A stretch of 64,000 nt of DNA. Origin: Vicugna vicugna (Eukaryota). The notes beneath the pieces were generated by a model. That model worked only from the letters and a program-made list of their open reading frames with translations. It ran no database searches and was not told the DNA's origin. Shown piece by piece: positions 50,410-63,000 of this stretch (position 1 is the first letter of the stretch; each line of letters begins with the position of its first letter). Both the position numbers and the translations under genes were made by a program. The stretch lies in the NCBI GenBank assembly GCA_013265495.1, contig MU058384.1:4389239-4453238 (forward strand). Direction: 5' to 3'.

Positions 50410-53400
50410 TTCAACACAAAATCAGATTAAGACAATCAAAACTAGTGCCACTAGTAACGTGGCAGAAGCAAATATAAATCCTATTTGGAGAAAGATAGTA
50501 TCACGCTAGGCCTCAAGTTATCTCCATACTTTTTATATACAATGTCCAGTTCTCCATCAAAAATAACCAAGCAGATGAAAGGCAAGACAATTTGATCCAA
50601 CCAGGAGCACCAGCAGACAATAAATATAAACACTCAAAAGACATAAATAATATAATTACAAGGACTTTAAAATAATATGTATAATATATACAAGGACAGC
50701 ACAGATGAGATTGAGGATTTTGTCAGAGATCTAGAAACTACAAAAAAAATTCTCATTCTTACACTGAAAAATACTATCATATAATAAAAATGCATAACAT
50801 GATGAAAATATAATAATAAATACAAAGAAAACCACACCTAAACAATCATGGTAAAACTACTGGAAATTGAAAATAAAAAGAATTACAGTCAAAAAAAAAA
50901 AAAAAAGGACAGACTGCTTTTAAAAGACTGTTTTCTGACATTAACAGAAACAGTGAGTTATAAGACAATGAAATAATGTCATAAAGTGGGGAAATAAAAT
51001 TACCAATCTAGAATTTTGCTCCTAGGAAAAGTGCATGTAAGAAAAAAATGGTAAAATACATTTCAGACCAAAAACAAAACAAAACAAAACAAAAACTGAA
51101 CCAAATTATCACTATACTAAAGGAAATCCTATATGTAATCTCAGAAATGCAGGAAGGAGTGAAGAATATACATGACGGTATGAAACCATAATAACAATAA
51201 TTATTGTGGGACTCAAATTATATAAAATTAAACACCTAAAAATAGCATATAATTCAGAAGAGGTACAAAAGTAGTTAAGGCATTCGTTCTAAGCTTTTCA
51301 AATTTCCCACAAAGTGATAATTTGCACTGTACTTTGATTAGGTCAAATATGCATCCTGTAACCTTAAGAGTAACCAGTAAAATAGTGTAAACAAATGTAA
51401 AAACAACAAGCTAATAGGAAAAGCGCGATGTAACAACAAATATACTGAATCCAAAAGATGGCAAGCAGAGATAAAAAGAAATATAGAACAGGAAGTGTGA
51501 ATAGTGTAGTAAGTCAGCATATTTAAACTCAAATATATCATTATTATATTAAATATAACAAGACTAAATGTTCCACTGAAAAGACAAACATCAGACTGAA
51601 TGATAAAACAAGATTTACTTAACTGTTGCTTATAAGAGATACAGCTACAACACGAACACACAGAAAATTAAAAACTAAAGGAATGCGAGATGTTAAGCTA
51701 CACAGACACTAACTATTAGAAATCAGGTACAGATTTCAGTGTTAGTCAAAGCAGAATTGAAGGCAAAAGCATTAAGAGAGGAGAAAAAAGGATGTTTTAT
51801 TATGAGAAAAGTTTCAATTCACCAGGAAGATATATACACTTCTAAATTTGCATCTATTTGTCAACCTTTTTTCCATTATCATCCCATCTCCTTAAAGACC
51901 CTTTCAGATTTGTTTTTCCTAATTGCCTTCCCAAGAAATTTTAATACCATATACACTGTACATCTGTTTATGTACTGAGTCTCTTTGGAGGGCCATAGAC
52001 CATTGTGATATGTACTGATTTTTTTTTTTGCTTCCTAAAAACCAGTTATTACCCTTACTGTGAAGGTATAGTCTAACAGAACAGCACTGAAATATTAGTT
52101 TATTAGTTTAAATCATATAAAATGCAGATATTCAACTATTTTGATCTTTAAAAGTGGCAGACTGTTAGCACAATACATAAGGTAAAAAGATGGCAGCACT
52201 AAAAGAATAAACAGACAAGTCCACAATTACATGGGCTCTGTTAGCATGACGTTTTCAGTAACTAATAGAAGCAGAAGAAAGAACTCAGTGAAGATATAGA
52301 TTTGAATAACATGATAAACAGGTTTTCTTACTGACATACATAGAGCACTGTATCTAATAACAACAGAATCCACATTCATTTGAAGTGCATGTGAAACACT
52401 TACAAAGCTGACCATATACTGAATCATATATATAAGCTACAACAATTTTCAAAGATCTCAATCATATACTGTATGATCTATGACCACAGTAGAATTATAC
52501 TAGACAACAATGACAAAAAGATATCCAGAAATTCCAATATGTTTGAAAATTAATAAATGCGCTTCTAAATAATCTATGGGCTCAAAAAGAAATTGCAACT
52601 GAAATTATTCAGAGGTACCTGACAATAGAAACACTAAATTTGGGGATGCAACTTCAGTTATTAGAGGAAAATTTATTGGTTTAAATGTATATATTCAAAA
52701 AGAAGAAAAACTGAAAAGAAGAGAGAAAAAAAAAAAAAAAAAAAATCCCTCAGAAAATAAACCTAAAGAAAGAAGAAAAAAAGGCAATAATAAAGGACTA
52801 AAATTAATAAAAGTAGATAATAAATATACATAAATGAAGATAAATAAATAAAATACATATAAAATATTAAAAATATTTTTAAAATTTAAAAATATTAAAA
52901 ATTTTCAAAATAAAAATAAATTAAAAATAAAGAGGATTTAAAAAATCAAAAGGTATTTACTTAAAATAGCTAATAAAATTAATAATTTTCCTGGCAAAAC
53001 TGCTAGCAAAAACAATAAAAACAGAAATGACACAACAAACCAACAGCAAGAATAAAAAGTTAGACTAATATTAAAGCAGAGCATTATGAACAACTTCATG
53101 TTAATTATAAAATTTCAATACAATAGATGACCTAATATATAAATGACTTGTTTATAGACATTTCACAAAAAGGATATGTACATGGCCAATATACATGTGC
53201 AAAATTGCTCAAACTCATCAATAGTCAGGAAAATGCAAATTAAAACCATGATAAGCTATCACTACACACCTACTAAATGTTAATATGTAAGGCTAGTGAA
53301 GAAAGGAGCTATCCTACATTGTTGGTAGGAGTGTAAATTATTTTAATCACCTTGAGTAGTTTTGAATTTTCTACTGAAGTAAAATAAACATTCTCTGTGG

Positions 53401-53810
53401 CCCAGAAACTAATTCCTAGGTACATGTGCAACAGAAATACATGCACAGGTGTATCAAATACAGGTATAAGAATACGCAAGCCACTATGAGTCATAATATT
53501 AAAAACTAGACAGAACTCAAATGTTTTTTCACAGTAGAGTGGGCGAATAAATTGCTGTATAATTAAACTCTATGCAATAATGAAAATAAAATACAGCCAA
53601 ATGCAACAATCCAATAAGCCTCACAGTATAACAGTGAATGAAAGACTGGAGGAGGCATGATGTGATTTCTCAGGTGGCAATACTATAATAATGTTTTATT
53701 TCTTGGCTTGGGTAATGGTTACACAGTAGTCCATTTATAATTAGTGAACCATTCTGTACATTTATATGTTGAGTATTTCTCTGTATGTGTGCCATAGCTT
53801 AGAAAGAAAA
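50410..53810 (+). mobile_element. Old L1M (L1ME/MD-like) ~3.4 kb, ORF1/ORF2/3'UTR remnants
   Basis: 'aaaaccacacctaaacaatcatggtaaaactact', 'tcaattcaccaggaagatata', 'acagaatccacattcatttgaagtgcatgtgaaacac', 'caggaaaatgcaaattaaaacc'. Confidence 0.85.
51855..52070. mobile_element. MER112-like hAT-Charlie fragment nested in L1
   Basis: 'tttttcctaattgccttcccaagaaattttaataccatatacactgtacatctgtttatgtactg'. Confidence 0.55.
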
Positions 53811-53914
53811 TAAAAAACTGTATTTCTCTTAAGTGTTTAAAGCACCCAACAGTACTATAGACACAATGGTTATAACTCCATGAAACAATTTTCATAACTT
53901 GTATGCAAGTAATA

Positions 53915-54150
53915 CAGTTGATACATACATGATGTTTATTACTATCTTTCATACGCTGTTCTAAGATCTTTACAAATTCAACTCATTTGATCTTCTCAAA
54001 AACTGTATGAGGTAGTTATTATAAACACCTTCATCTTGTAAGTAGAGTGTGGTACAGAGAGATTAACTGGCTCAGGATCATAGAGCTAATAAGTGAACCA
54101 CAGTGGATGGCGCCAGATTCCACACTGTTCGCCGTTAAAACACACTGCCT
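53915..54150 (-). mobile_element. MIR SINE
   Basis: 'aactcatttgatcttctcaaaaactgtatgaggtag...gagagattaactggctcaggatcatagagctaataagtg'. Confidence 0.7.
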
Positions 54151-55242
54151 CTCAGAACAAAACTTCTGAAGTTGAAAAATGTCAGATTCATCCACTGTGA
54201 ATGAATTTAAAATGGAATAATGTTTCCTCTGTATGTTGGAACCATCTGTAAATAAATACATTGAATAGCCTGCTTTAACATTTCGATGCAAATATTTTTA
54301 TGTTTTGTATAATAATTTAAGAAGTCTTTTTAAAACTCATGCTTAGAATGATCAAAGATAGATTTAAACATAATGCATTTGAACCATATAAAAATTTAAA
54401 AAACTGTCATTTAAAAAACTGTTGTTGAATTCTGACTCTATTAGTTGTAACTTCTGTGAGCCTCAATTTTCTTGCCATTAAAATGGGCATAATGAATCCT
54501 TTCCTAACAGGCATGTTCCAAGAAAGAAGTGATACGACATTTGTGCTGTGAACTAAGCAATTAATTACATACAAAAGCCAATACATCTGTGTGCGCAGTA
54601 AGTAAATCCTAGAAACTTTAGAACATAAAGCTACCTCATTTTAAGTTCACATTTAAGAGATTTAAAAGTCAAAACTGCTATACAACTTGCCAAAAGTATT
54701 ACCCTTAGTAAGGCTAGCGTCTGGAACTTGACTCAGGGATTTAGGTTAGAAGGTCAGTGTTCCTTGAGGGAAGTTTGATCCTCGTTTTCTTCTTCCTGCT
54801 TTCCCTTCTCTCCCTCCACATAAAATGTGCAAACTGAAGTTTTCAAAATTATGTATTATTGTCAGTTAGTTCAATAAGTACATCTGACTTATTTTTAAAA
54901 GAGTTACATTAAAGGAGACATACTTTAAATAGGCTATGTTCTCCAACTGACTGTTTTTGGCACGAATACCATTAAAAAGTTTCTATATACATTTGTCTTC
55001 AAGTGTGAGAAGGGTCTTGCCCTCAATCTTTCTCATGCACTCACACACAGGCACTGAGAAGCAACGTATAAATGAGAAAGAGGACAGTACTTCTCAGTTA
55101 TTTTATTACTAGTCATTGGATTATTTTTAAATGATTAAGAATTTCTTAAATAATTAAAAAGGATTTATAGAAAAAGGTTAGTATGTCATTCAAAACTCTG
55201 TTCATACAAATTCCTGTTTTGTGTTTAGCCCTTTTATTTTTA

Positions 55243-55298
55243 AGTTTTTTAACTGAAGTATTGTCAATTTACAATATTGTATTAATTTCTGATGTACT
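55243..55298 (-). mobile_element. Short L1 3'-end stub
   Basis: 'ttttttaactgaagtattgtcaatttacaatattgtattaatttctgatgtac'; TSD CCCTTTT(A/G)TTTT at 55229-55240 and 55299-55310. Confidence 0.75.
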
Positions 55299-55443
55299 CC
55301 CTTTTGTTTTAACTTAAAGATTGTTCTTTACTCCAGACAACAAGAGGTCTAGAAAAAAAGAAAATAAAAATTACTAAATAATTAAAATAACAAATGTTTA
55401 ATTTTCCAAATCAAACTGAAAACTAAATTGAAATTTTCTTTAC

Positions 55444-55700
55444 CTGATTGAAAAAGCAAGAATACTAATCTGAAAGACATGGAAATATACTGTATTCCAT
55501 CCCATGGAAAACAACTTTTTTTCTTAAATTTAATGACCTTTTCTAAATCGAGGCATTCTTTAGACCTCTGCATTACTGCAGCATCTCCTCTTATGAGAAT
55601 GCGTCTACACTTTTGTGAATGACTGAGTTCTTTCATCTGACTGGACACAGCTGGCAAGTGGCATAATGGGAAAGGGAAATGAAAGGCTTTTTTTTTTCTC
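55444..55700 (-). other. Candidate internal exon (probably 5'UTR/non-coding)
   Basis: Minus-strand acceptor tttcttggttttccAG (exon start 55700; alternative start 55650) and donor CAG|GTAAAG (exon end 55444); no repeat recognised. Confidence 0.3.
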
Positions 55701-56329
55701 CTGGAAAACCAAGAAACGTATAAATCATATTCAAACTGAAGCACTAGTTGCTTACATTACTGTACAAACTACACATCTTAATACAAAGTGTTCTCTACTG
55801 TTTTATGAATAAATGATATTATAGCATATTTTAATTTAAAAAGTCTATCTATGATGTGTGGTTTCCCTAAACACAATTTGAATAAATGTAAATTTGGCAT
55901 ATTTAATTAATTTGAAAAAGTAAACCAAATCGACCAATTCTAAAACAGAAAATTTAGTTAAAGTGATCAAACCAAAAAAATACATAAGAGTAAAATACGT
56001 ACACTCAAGTTTACGGAGAAAGGTCCCAAATAGTTGGACAAGCAACAGATCAGAAAAGTTTTGTTATGAAAACTCTGAAGCACATAGGAAAGCCGGAAGG
56101 AACTTCAAGCTTGACTAAACCTCTTGTTTTGTTCAGGAGGAAATGGGAGCCCTGAGCAATGATTGGCTTAAAGTTACTGAAGCAGGAGAGATGCGCTCCC
56201 TATCTCCTCACTTCAGGACTCTTACTTCCAGGTCGTGCTGTGCTCCCCAGCTGTGTCAAAGGCACGTGGGAGAAATTTAATAGGATTGAAGGAAGAGCTA
56301 ATAAAGCAATTAAAAAAACAGAACTCCTT

Positions 56330-56900
56330 CTTTTACTTTCTAATTTTTTTCCTCAACTTTAAATATCATGTAATAATAAATATCTATAATTCTTTTCCAT
56401 TGTGCATGTAGTAAATTTATGGGGAGAAAAGTTGAAGAATTCTAAAGTATATATATGACGATAGTTGTTCCCGTCCCGTGCTCAAAGTTCTCCTCCCAGA
56501 GCCTGGACAAGACTTGCTTTTTATTTGAATTTCCAGAACTTTTATGTCAGTGTGCTTAAATGTGTGTAAGTAGTTACACAAATGTTAATGGAGTTTTTTT
56601 TTCACTTAATACATCTTGAAAATCATTCCAGATTGTGCATGAAAATCTAAATTATTATTTTAAATACCTATTTAGTATTTTAGTGCATGGAGTCAAAATA
56701 CGTATTCAACAACTCACCTATTATTAGGCTTAGGTAGTTTCTGAGTTTTTATATTACAAACAAGCCAAAAATATAAATATAATTTGATATGTTCTTGGAC
56801 TAAGATTTACTAGGATCAAAGAATATGTAAAACACTGAACACTTGGTATATTTAGATATCAAATTTTGACCAATTCAGGTATATGTTAACCTCCATATGT
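56330..56900 (-). mobile_element. Old L1ME-like 3'UTR
   Basis: 'ttttttcacttaatacatcttgaaaatcattcca', 'ttaggtagtttctgagtttttatattacaaaca'. Confidence 0.6.
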
Positions 56901-57022
56901 TTACCACCAGAATCTGTGGAAATACCCCTCACCCCAGACCGGCCCTAGACTCCACCTCCTATCCCAGGGAAAAAGAGGAATTCTTAAAACTCAAAACTCT
57001 TAAATATCCTTCAGTATATTTA

Positions 57023-57047
57023 TTTATTTATTTGTATTGAAATAGAG
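57023..57047 (-). mobile_element. 25-nt L1 terminus/polyA stub
   Basis: 16-bp TSD TCCTTC(A/G)GTATATTTA at 57007-57022 and 57048-57063; minus-strand insert 'ctctatttcaatacaaataaataaa' resembles the L1 end 'ctatacttcaataaaa'. Confidence 0.7.
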
Positions 57048-58394
57048 TCCTTCGGTATATTTAAGTCATGCACAAACCCCTGTTTTGAAAAGAATCCTTT
57101 TTCATGTGACTGAAGCAGTGGGCAGGTAATGATGATTTCATCATGTAGAAAGGATATTTTATATATTTCTTACTAATATTTTAACTATGAATGTAAAACA
57201 CAAAAGGTATTAATAAGAAAAGAGTAGTCTGAACATGAATTTAAGGAAAAATTTTATTCAAATTCACCAACCACTAGAATGGAAAGACTAAAACAAACAA
57301 TACTTTAACTTTTACAAAAGGAAATTCCATCAAAAGCTCATTATCAATTTTAATTTTTTCCATCTTCTCCTTACAAATGCAAGAAAGGGAAGAAAGGGAG
57401 AGGGGAAGGAAGAAGGGATTGGCGGAGGGGACAGGGAGAGATGGAGGGGCATGAACTTCCTTTACTGGTATATTGGCTAAGGCTATTATTGTCATACTTC
57501 CATACTGTCTGCAAATAAATGTATAAAGTATTCATGAAAGGATTTTGATTTTTAAAATACTGGGGTATTTATATACTAGTATACTAAGAATTACATATTG
57601 TTTAATAGACTTACATGTATTTTGTGTCATGTTATTTTTAGGTTAATCTGAAACTACAAACCCTGCTCCCTATTCTCCATGCTTGAGATGTTAACTGTAA
57701 ACCTGCATCCAGAGGAGATGCCAGCAGGAATGCTCTGACCCAAGTAGGATCTCACCAGTGTCTGGATTAGAGGAACTGAATTGCATCAAATCCCACCAGT
57801 AGGGTGAGGCAGCCTCCGTGTACCACAGGGGTGAGGTCTCAGAGCAGACACTCAATGGACAACCAATTTACTAAAAACATTCTTCTTCTTCTGATTCCTC
57901 CTACTTAGTTATCAACAGGTTTTTAGTTATTCTCTAAATAAACCAGAATTGAAGCTGGGGAGATATTAAGAGAAATAATACAGAAAATCTAGGACAGTGA
58001 TTGGTACTTAGGGAAAAGGCACTTGTGTCACACTGCAGTCCCCAGCTACAGTGAACACAAAGCACGCCCCTTTACTGTCTGAAGGCGTGCTGCTGCCGCG
58101 GAGGAGCACCTCAGCCTCAGAGGAGACAAATGCGGGGAGGACAGTGATCTTCCCTGGGGAGTGACAGTCCTCCTGGGGAGAAATTCTCCAAAACCCAGGA
58201 CCTTGTTTTGATTTTGTTATTCCTTGGCAATGAGGGTATCTGGAGGTGAAATTATGTAAATTTGGGTAACTGAGTAAAAGCAAACTCTTAAGGGATGTGG
58301 CAGAAATAAAGGATGGAAGAGATGGAAGAATAAAAATTATTGCTAATGAGTCAGTATTAATCTTGTCAGGGTGAAGCACAGAATCTGGAAAGCA

Positions 58395-58560
58395 AAAGGG
58401 TGTCCCAGAAGTATTCCAAGAGTCTTATTTTGAAGATGAGGCAACTGAGGCCTCCAAAGTGTAAGAAACTTGCCTGAACTCACATGTCGTCTCTGGAAGT
58501 TCTGAGCTCTGGGAGGCTTCCTGACACCAAGGACATTCTCACAACACCACACTGCATCAG
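58395..58560 (-). mobile_element. MIR SINE
   Basis: 'attttgaagatgaggcaactgaggcctccaaagtgtaagaaacttgcctgaactcaca'. Confidence 0.7.
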
Positions 58561-59254
58561 TGTTCAAACCCATCACAACTTGGGAACTGTCCTTGCTTGT
58601 ACCAAATGACTACTGGCATCCAGGGCTGCTGTCAAAATTCTCGAAGGACTCTCATTTTCTAGAACTCCTAGGGGTTCCAAGTCCAAGTCATGATGGAGAA
58701 GATACCAAAGCACTGATTTAATTTGCCATCTCAAACCTGTACAGTTGCTTAATCAACCAACAGGAAAACTTTGGCTCTCTTTAGCATTATATTTTTTTAA
58801 AAACACCATTACAAATAGATCACTTCAGAACAATGACAATGCCTCCCATTGATGATATTAAAGATCCTAATAATAGAAGTAAATATATACCAGAAAACTT
58901 AATTTTTTTCCCTCAAATTTAATTTGCAAAGTCACCTCTTCTGTTTTGTTTTTCTTCATCACCACCTCCCTTCCAAACTCTCCTTTCTTCCTCCATTTCT
59001 CTACACAGATTCTGCTATTTGTTTATTTAACCAGAATGTAAGTTTCTTGAAGGTTAGAATAATCACTTATCTTTTTATTTACTTCACCTCAACAGACATA
59101 GCCCTTGACATATTAGAAGCACACAGTAATGTTTTCAGAATAAAGATTACACTTTCACATTTTTACATATAGATGAGAATTTTTAAAAAACTCCAAGTAA
59201 GAATGCTATGAAAAGTTTGACCTAAAAAAAAATTGTTAGAAATAACCCAATACA

Positions 59255-59431
59255 GGTAAGGGAGGGTATAGCTTAGTGGTAGAACACATGCTTAGCATGC
59301 AGGAGATTAAGGGGTCAATCCCCAGTACCTCCATTAAATCAATCAATCAATCAATCAATCAATCTCAATCACTTCCCCCTCCAAAAAATTTTTTTTTAAT
59401 TTTTAAAAATTTAAAAAAAATTTTAAAAAAG
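59255..59431 (+). mobile_element. Camelid tRNA-derived SINE (Vic-1-like)
   Basis: 'gggagggtatagcttagtggtagaacacatgcttagcatgc...ggggtcaatccccagtacctcca' with Pol III A/B boxes; (AATC)n; A/T tail; perfect 16-bp TSD GAAATAACCCAATACA (59239-59254, 59432-59447). Confidence 0.92.
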
Positions 59432-59447
59432 GAAATAACCCAATACA

Positions 59448-59575
59448 ACCAATTTCTTTTACAGGTGATGAAACTGAGGTCAAGAGTAAACAAGTGGTTC
59501 AGAATCACCCAACTAGTTAGAGCCTGAATGAAGGTGCCCACTGGTCCCCCATCTCTGCTGCTCTTTTCAGTGCAC
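59448..59575 (-). mobile_element. MIR fragment adjoining the SINE insertion site
   Basis: 'ttttacaggtgatgaaactgaggtcaagag...aatcacccaactagttagagcc'. Confidence 0.7.
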
Positions 59576-62500
59576 TTTATTCAGTCACTTTCTAAGTACA
59601 AATTAAGTCATTTAGACATCTAAATGATTCTTGGCAAAATATAAATGCCTTGACTATACACTAGAACTTTGACACATTTAATTCTCCTTATTCATATCTC
59701 TAACAATGCCTGGTACATCGTAGATATTCAGTCAACTTGGGTTTCTACGTCCTTTCTCCCCTTCTTTCCCCCAAATTTCCGTATCAACCACTTTAAAGAT
59801 TGCTAATATTCCAAGTAGGTATCACCTCAAAAATCAGTTAGTGTGTTGACAAAGCCAACTAAGATGATTGTAAAGCCATTGGTACTGACCCCAAGGCAGC
59901 TCCCACATGAATGACAGACTTGCTCCCCATGGCGCATTCTTAGGAGAAGTAAGGATGCCCAAGGGAAGGCTCTGAGGAGAGACTTGGATGCCACCATGGA
60001 GAGGCGCTGATGGGGAGGGTCTCATCACATTTCTAAATGCCAAATCCCTTCTTCCTCAGCTAAATGTGCCTCCTAGAAGAGATTTCTACTTGTCCGTGGA
60101 CTTGTTTGGGATATATAAGCTGAATCCATGGAACGGTGGAGTCTTTGGGTAAAAATTTCTATGTATCGAGGGTTCTTCAATAATTTACCTACCTCCCCCA
60201 ATAAGTTACCCCCCACAAAGTCACTATGAGTTGAACCACTTAGGATACCTGTTAGCTTTTACGTTTAGATGTTATTAAGTCTATTCTGACTTTTAATTTT
60301 GACACGTCTCTTTAATATAATGAAACCCTTTTAGTCTTGCTTGGAATTAGTTTACTGCTTAATAAATTCCTTCCAACACTATGTTCTGTGAGTCAACAAG
60401 CAGCTTCCCCTGTGATGTGAGCCTGGCTAACAATAAATGCAACTTCGGAAGATTAATTACTAGGCAGAGGCATTTTCCAGGTGGTATATTCTCACTCTAA
60501 GGAAACTTGGTCATTTTACTTTTGCATCTGTTTGGGGTAACATGTCCTTTTGCTGAAAAGAACATCAGTCCATGTTTGGAATGGCCTCCTACATAGATCA
60601 TATTTTAGGCTGAACTAACACCAAAAACTTTTTTCAAAGACAGCTGAAAATGCCATATTTAAAAATTATTTAATTTACAATATATGAAGGGTGGTAAACT
60701 CTCAGCAAACATTTTAACTAGGTATTTATTGAGAGCTGACAATGGGGAACTCTGTGCTGAACACCGTGTAAGGCATCACAAGATGTACCAGTACAATTAT
60801 TTTCCCTAAGTTGATGTCTACTGCCTGACACATTTTGGAATTTTCCACCCTTGTCCTAAGTAACTTGATTCAAAAAAAGAGTTTCTCCCAGCTAATTGGC
60901 TGACATATAGTCACCATTGATTTTGTCTCATGTTGTTCAGCTGAGTGAGAGCACTCTGAAATCACACAGCTTACAGTGTCAGGTAAAAATCCTTATAAAG
61001 AGGATACAGGCTTTGGACTTGCAACTCGTTAACTTTGGGCTTCTACTTCAGACAAAAAGCGACTTCATTTTATTACAGAAAATGTCAATCAAGACATAAC
61101 TACTGACACCCGTCTTTGTTTCACCAGCCAGTAATAAAAGATAAAGCAGAGCAAATGGAGGAGCTGCAGTTAGGCATTCGCAACACACAAAGTCCTTGTT
61201 TTCCCAGTAGGCGCTGCAGAAAAGCAATTGTCCATTCACAGCACATCCTCTGCATTTCAGAGCTAATATTTTTGCAGTTCTTAACTTGGTACATTACACT
61301 CTTAATGCAGTTAATTTTGTTAACCCTTTGAAATGCACAATGAGTTTTACACCTTGCTTAATCTTACTAACATGACCCAGTTTTTTAAATTTCTCTCAAT
61401 GTTGAGAATAGAAACCTTTGAAAAAAGTCAAGAAATTTTGGAAACAGAGTAATGGTCTCAAATAATCCTATCTCACTTGCTATTGCATAACTTCAAGAAG
61501 GGTAACAAGGAAATCCATGTTAACCACGTATTACTTGAATTGCTCTTACAATAATGGACTCTTTGGACAGGACTGATTTTTAGCAGGGTCCCTCTGCTAT
61601 AAATCCATAATAATAATATGCAATTGAAAACAACATTAGCCCTGGATTTAACTGCCCTGCTTCCTGCAATGTTTAGTGGTTTACTGTATATAAATGCATA
61701 TGCCTGCCTTCAGGGCTAAAGAGGTTTACTCTAACATTTCAAACATCATTCTGGCTGAACATATGTAGAACAGAATCTATAGGTGATTAATTAGTCCCTA
61801 GGCTCAATCACTCAAGTCCCTAATTAAATATCTCACTCTGCTTTCAAGTATTGTAGGAAAGATAATTGGTAAATCTGCAGTGCTAATAAAGAAGTTTTTC
61901 TTTTCCTTTATGAATAATGGGATCTAAATCATTGATCATATAACTCAGTGCCTGCATCTCCCCTGTTGATTTCTAAATCCAGAACAGTTTTTCAAAAATG
62001 CAACAAGGTGATAAAGTCTTTTTTCCTCAAGAGTTCCTTTTCTGACATACCTTCAATAGATTTTTCTACCTTCCATCTCAATACCAGCTTCTTCCTCTCT
62101 TCATACTAATTTCTTCATCTATCAACCAACATGACAAACTCAAGAGAAAAATGGATTTTCTTTTTCCCTGTTTCACAACCCTCACCAATTTTTTTTAACC
62201 AATATTTTCCTGTTCTGTCCCACCAAAAAGAAAAAGTGACTCAACCCTACGATTTACAGTGGAGAAGAAATATTGCATTCATTAAGAAAAGAAAGAAAGA
62301 AAGCAAAGCCACCCTCCTCAGGAGGGGCTCAAAGCACAGAGAAAAAGCCAGAGTGTCTCATTAGGCTGCTTGGAATGAAACAGTTAATTTCAGGGTAAGA
62401 GATAATGTTTAGTCAGTTCGCTTAGAAAAAGGAAGGAAATTCAAAAGCTGGTTGCTGTAGTAACAATCACAGACCAAAAAATATATACGTATATGTTCAT

Positions 62501-62586
62501 TTCAAATAAAACTCCTGCCAACTCTCTGTGATTCTGATTCTCTCAAGAAAAAAAAATGAGTTGCTGTTGAAATTCGTTGTACCTAC

Positions 62587-63000
62587 CTCAACCATTAAAC
62601 AAGACATTTAACCATAGTGGCAGTTCTGTGACCTTTGAATGCCGTGAAATCTCTGAGCGGTGCTGCTTGTTCATGAAGACTTGTGCTGCAGAATCCAGCA
62701 ACTTCATCCAGGATTAGGAATATAATTAAGTTAAAAATTAAAAAATAAAAAATAAAAAAAAAGGAAAGGAGGAAGCCCGAAAGTCCACAGAGAGCCCGGG
62801 AAAGTAGGAGGGCAGCAGAGATTCTCTCGGGGTGAGTACACCACGCTTCTCCCAGGCAAGCCCTGGGACGGGAGCCCAGCCGCTGCAGTGCCCAGACCCA
62901 CCGACTGGCTGGGGGAGCAGGCAGCCGGCCTGCTAGGCTGGGAGGTGCTGTCAGTTGCCACAGGCAAGGAAAAGCAGAGACCAATCGGCTTCAACTCCGG
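62587..63000 (-). other. Candidate first exon of an unidentified minus-strand gene
   Basis: CpG-enriched, repeat-free; ends at strong donor GAG|GTAGGT (last exon base 62587); 5' boundary inferred from upstream promoter motifs. Confidence 0.55.

Noticed and set aside
52790..52935. Almost pure A/T tract as a special element
   Set aside because: Low-complexity expansion inside an old L1
39210..53810. Possible intact/active L1 or retroviral coding sequence
   Set aside because: All ORF1/ORF2 remnants are riddled with stops, deletions and nested inserts; the LTRs are solo with no gag/pol/env
59260..59335. tRNA gene
   Set aside because: The tRNA-like head belongs to a SINE with TSD and A-rich tail; it is not a clean cloverleaf
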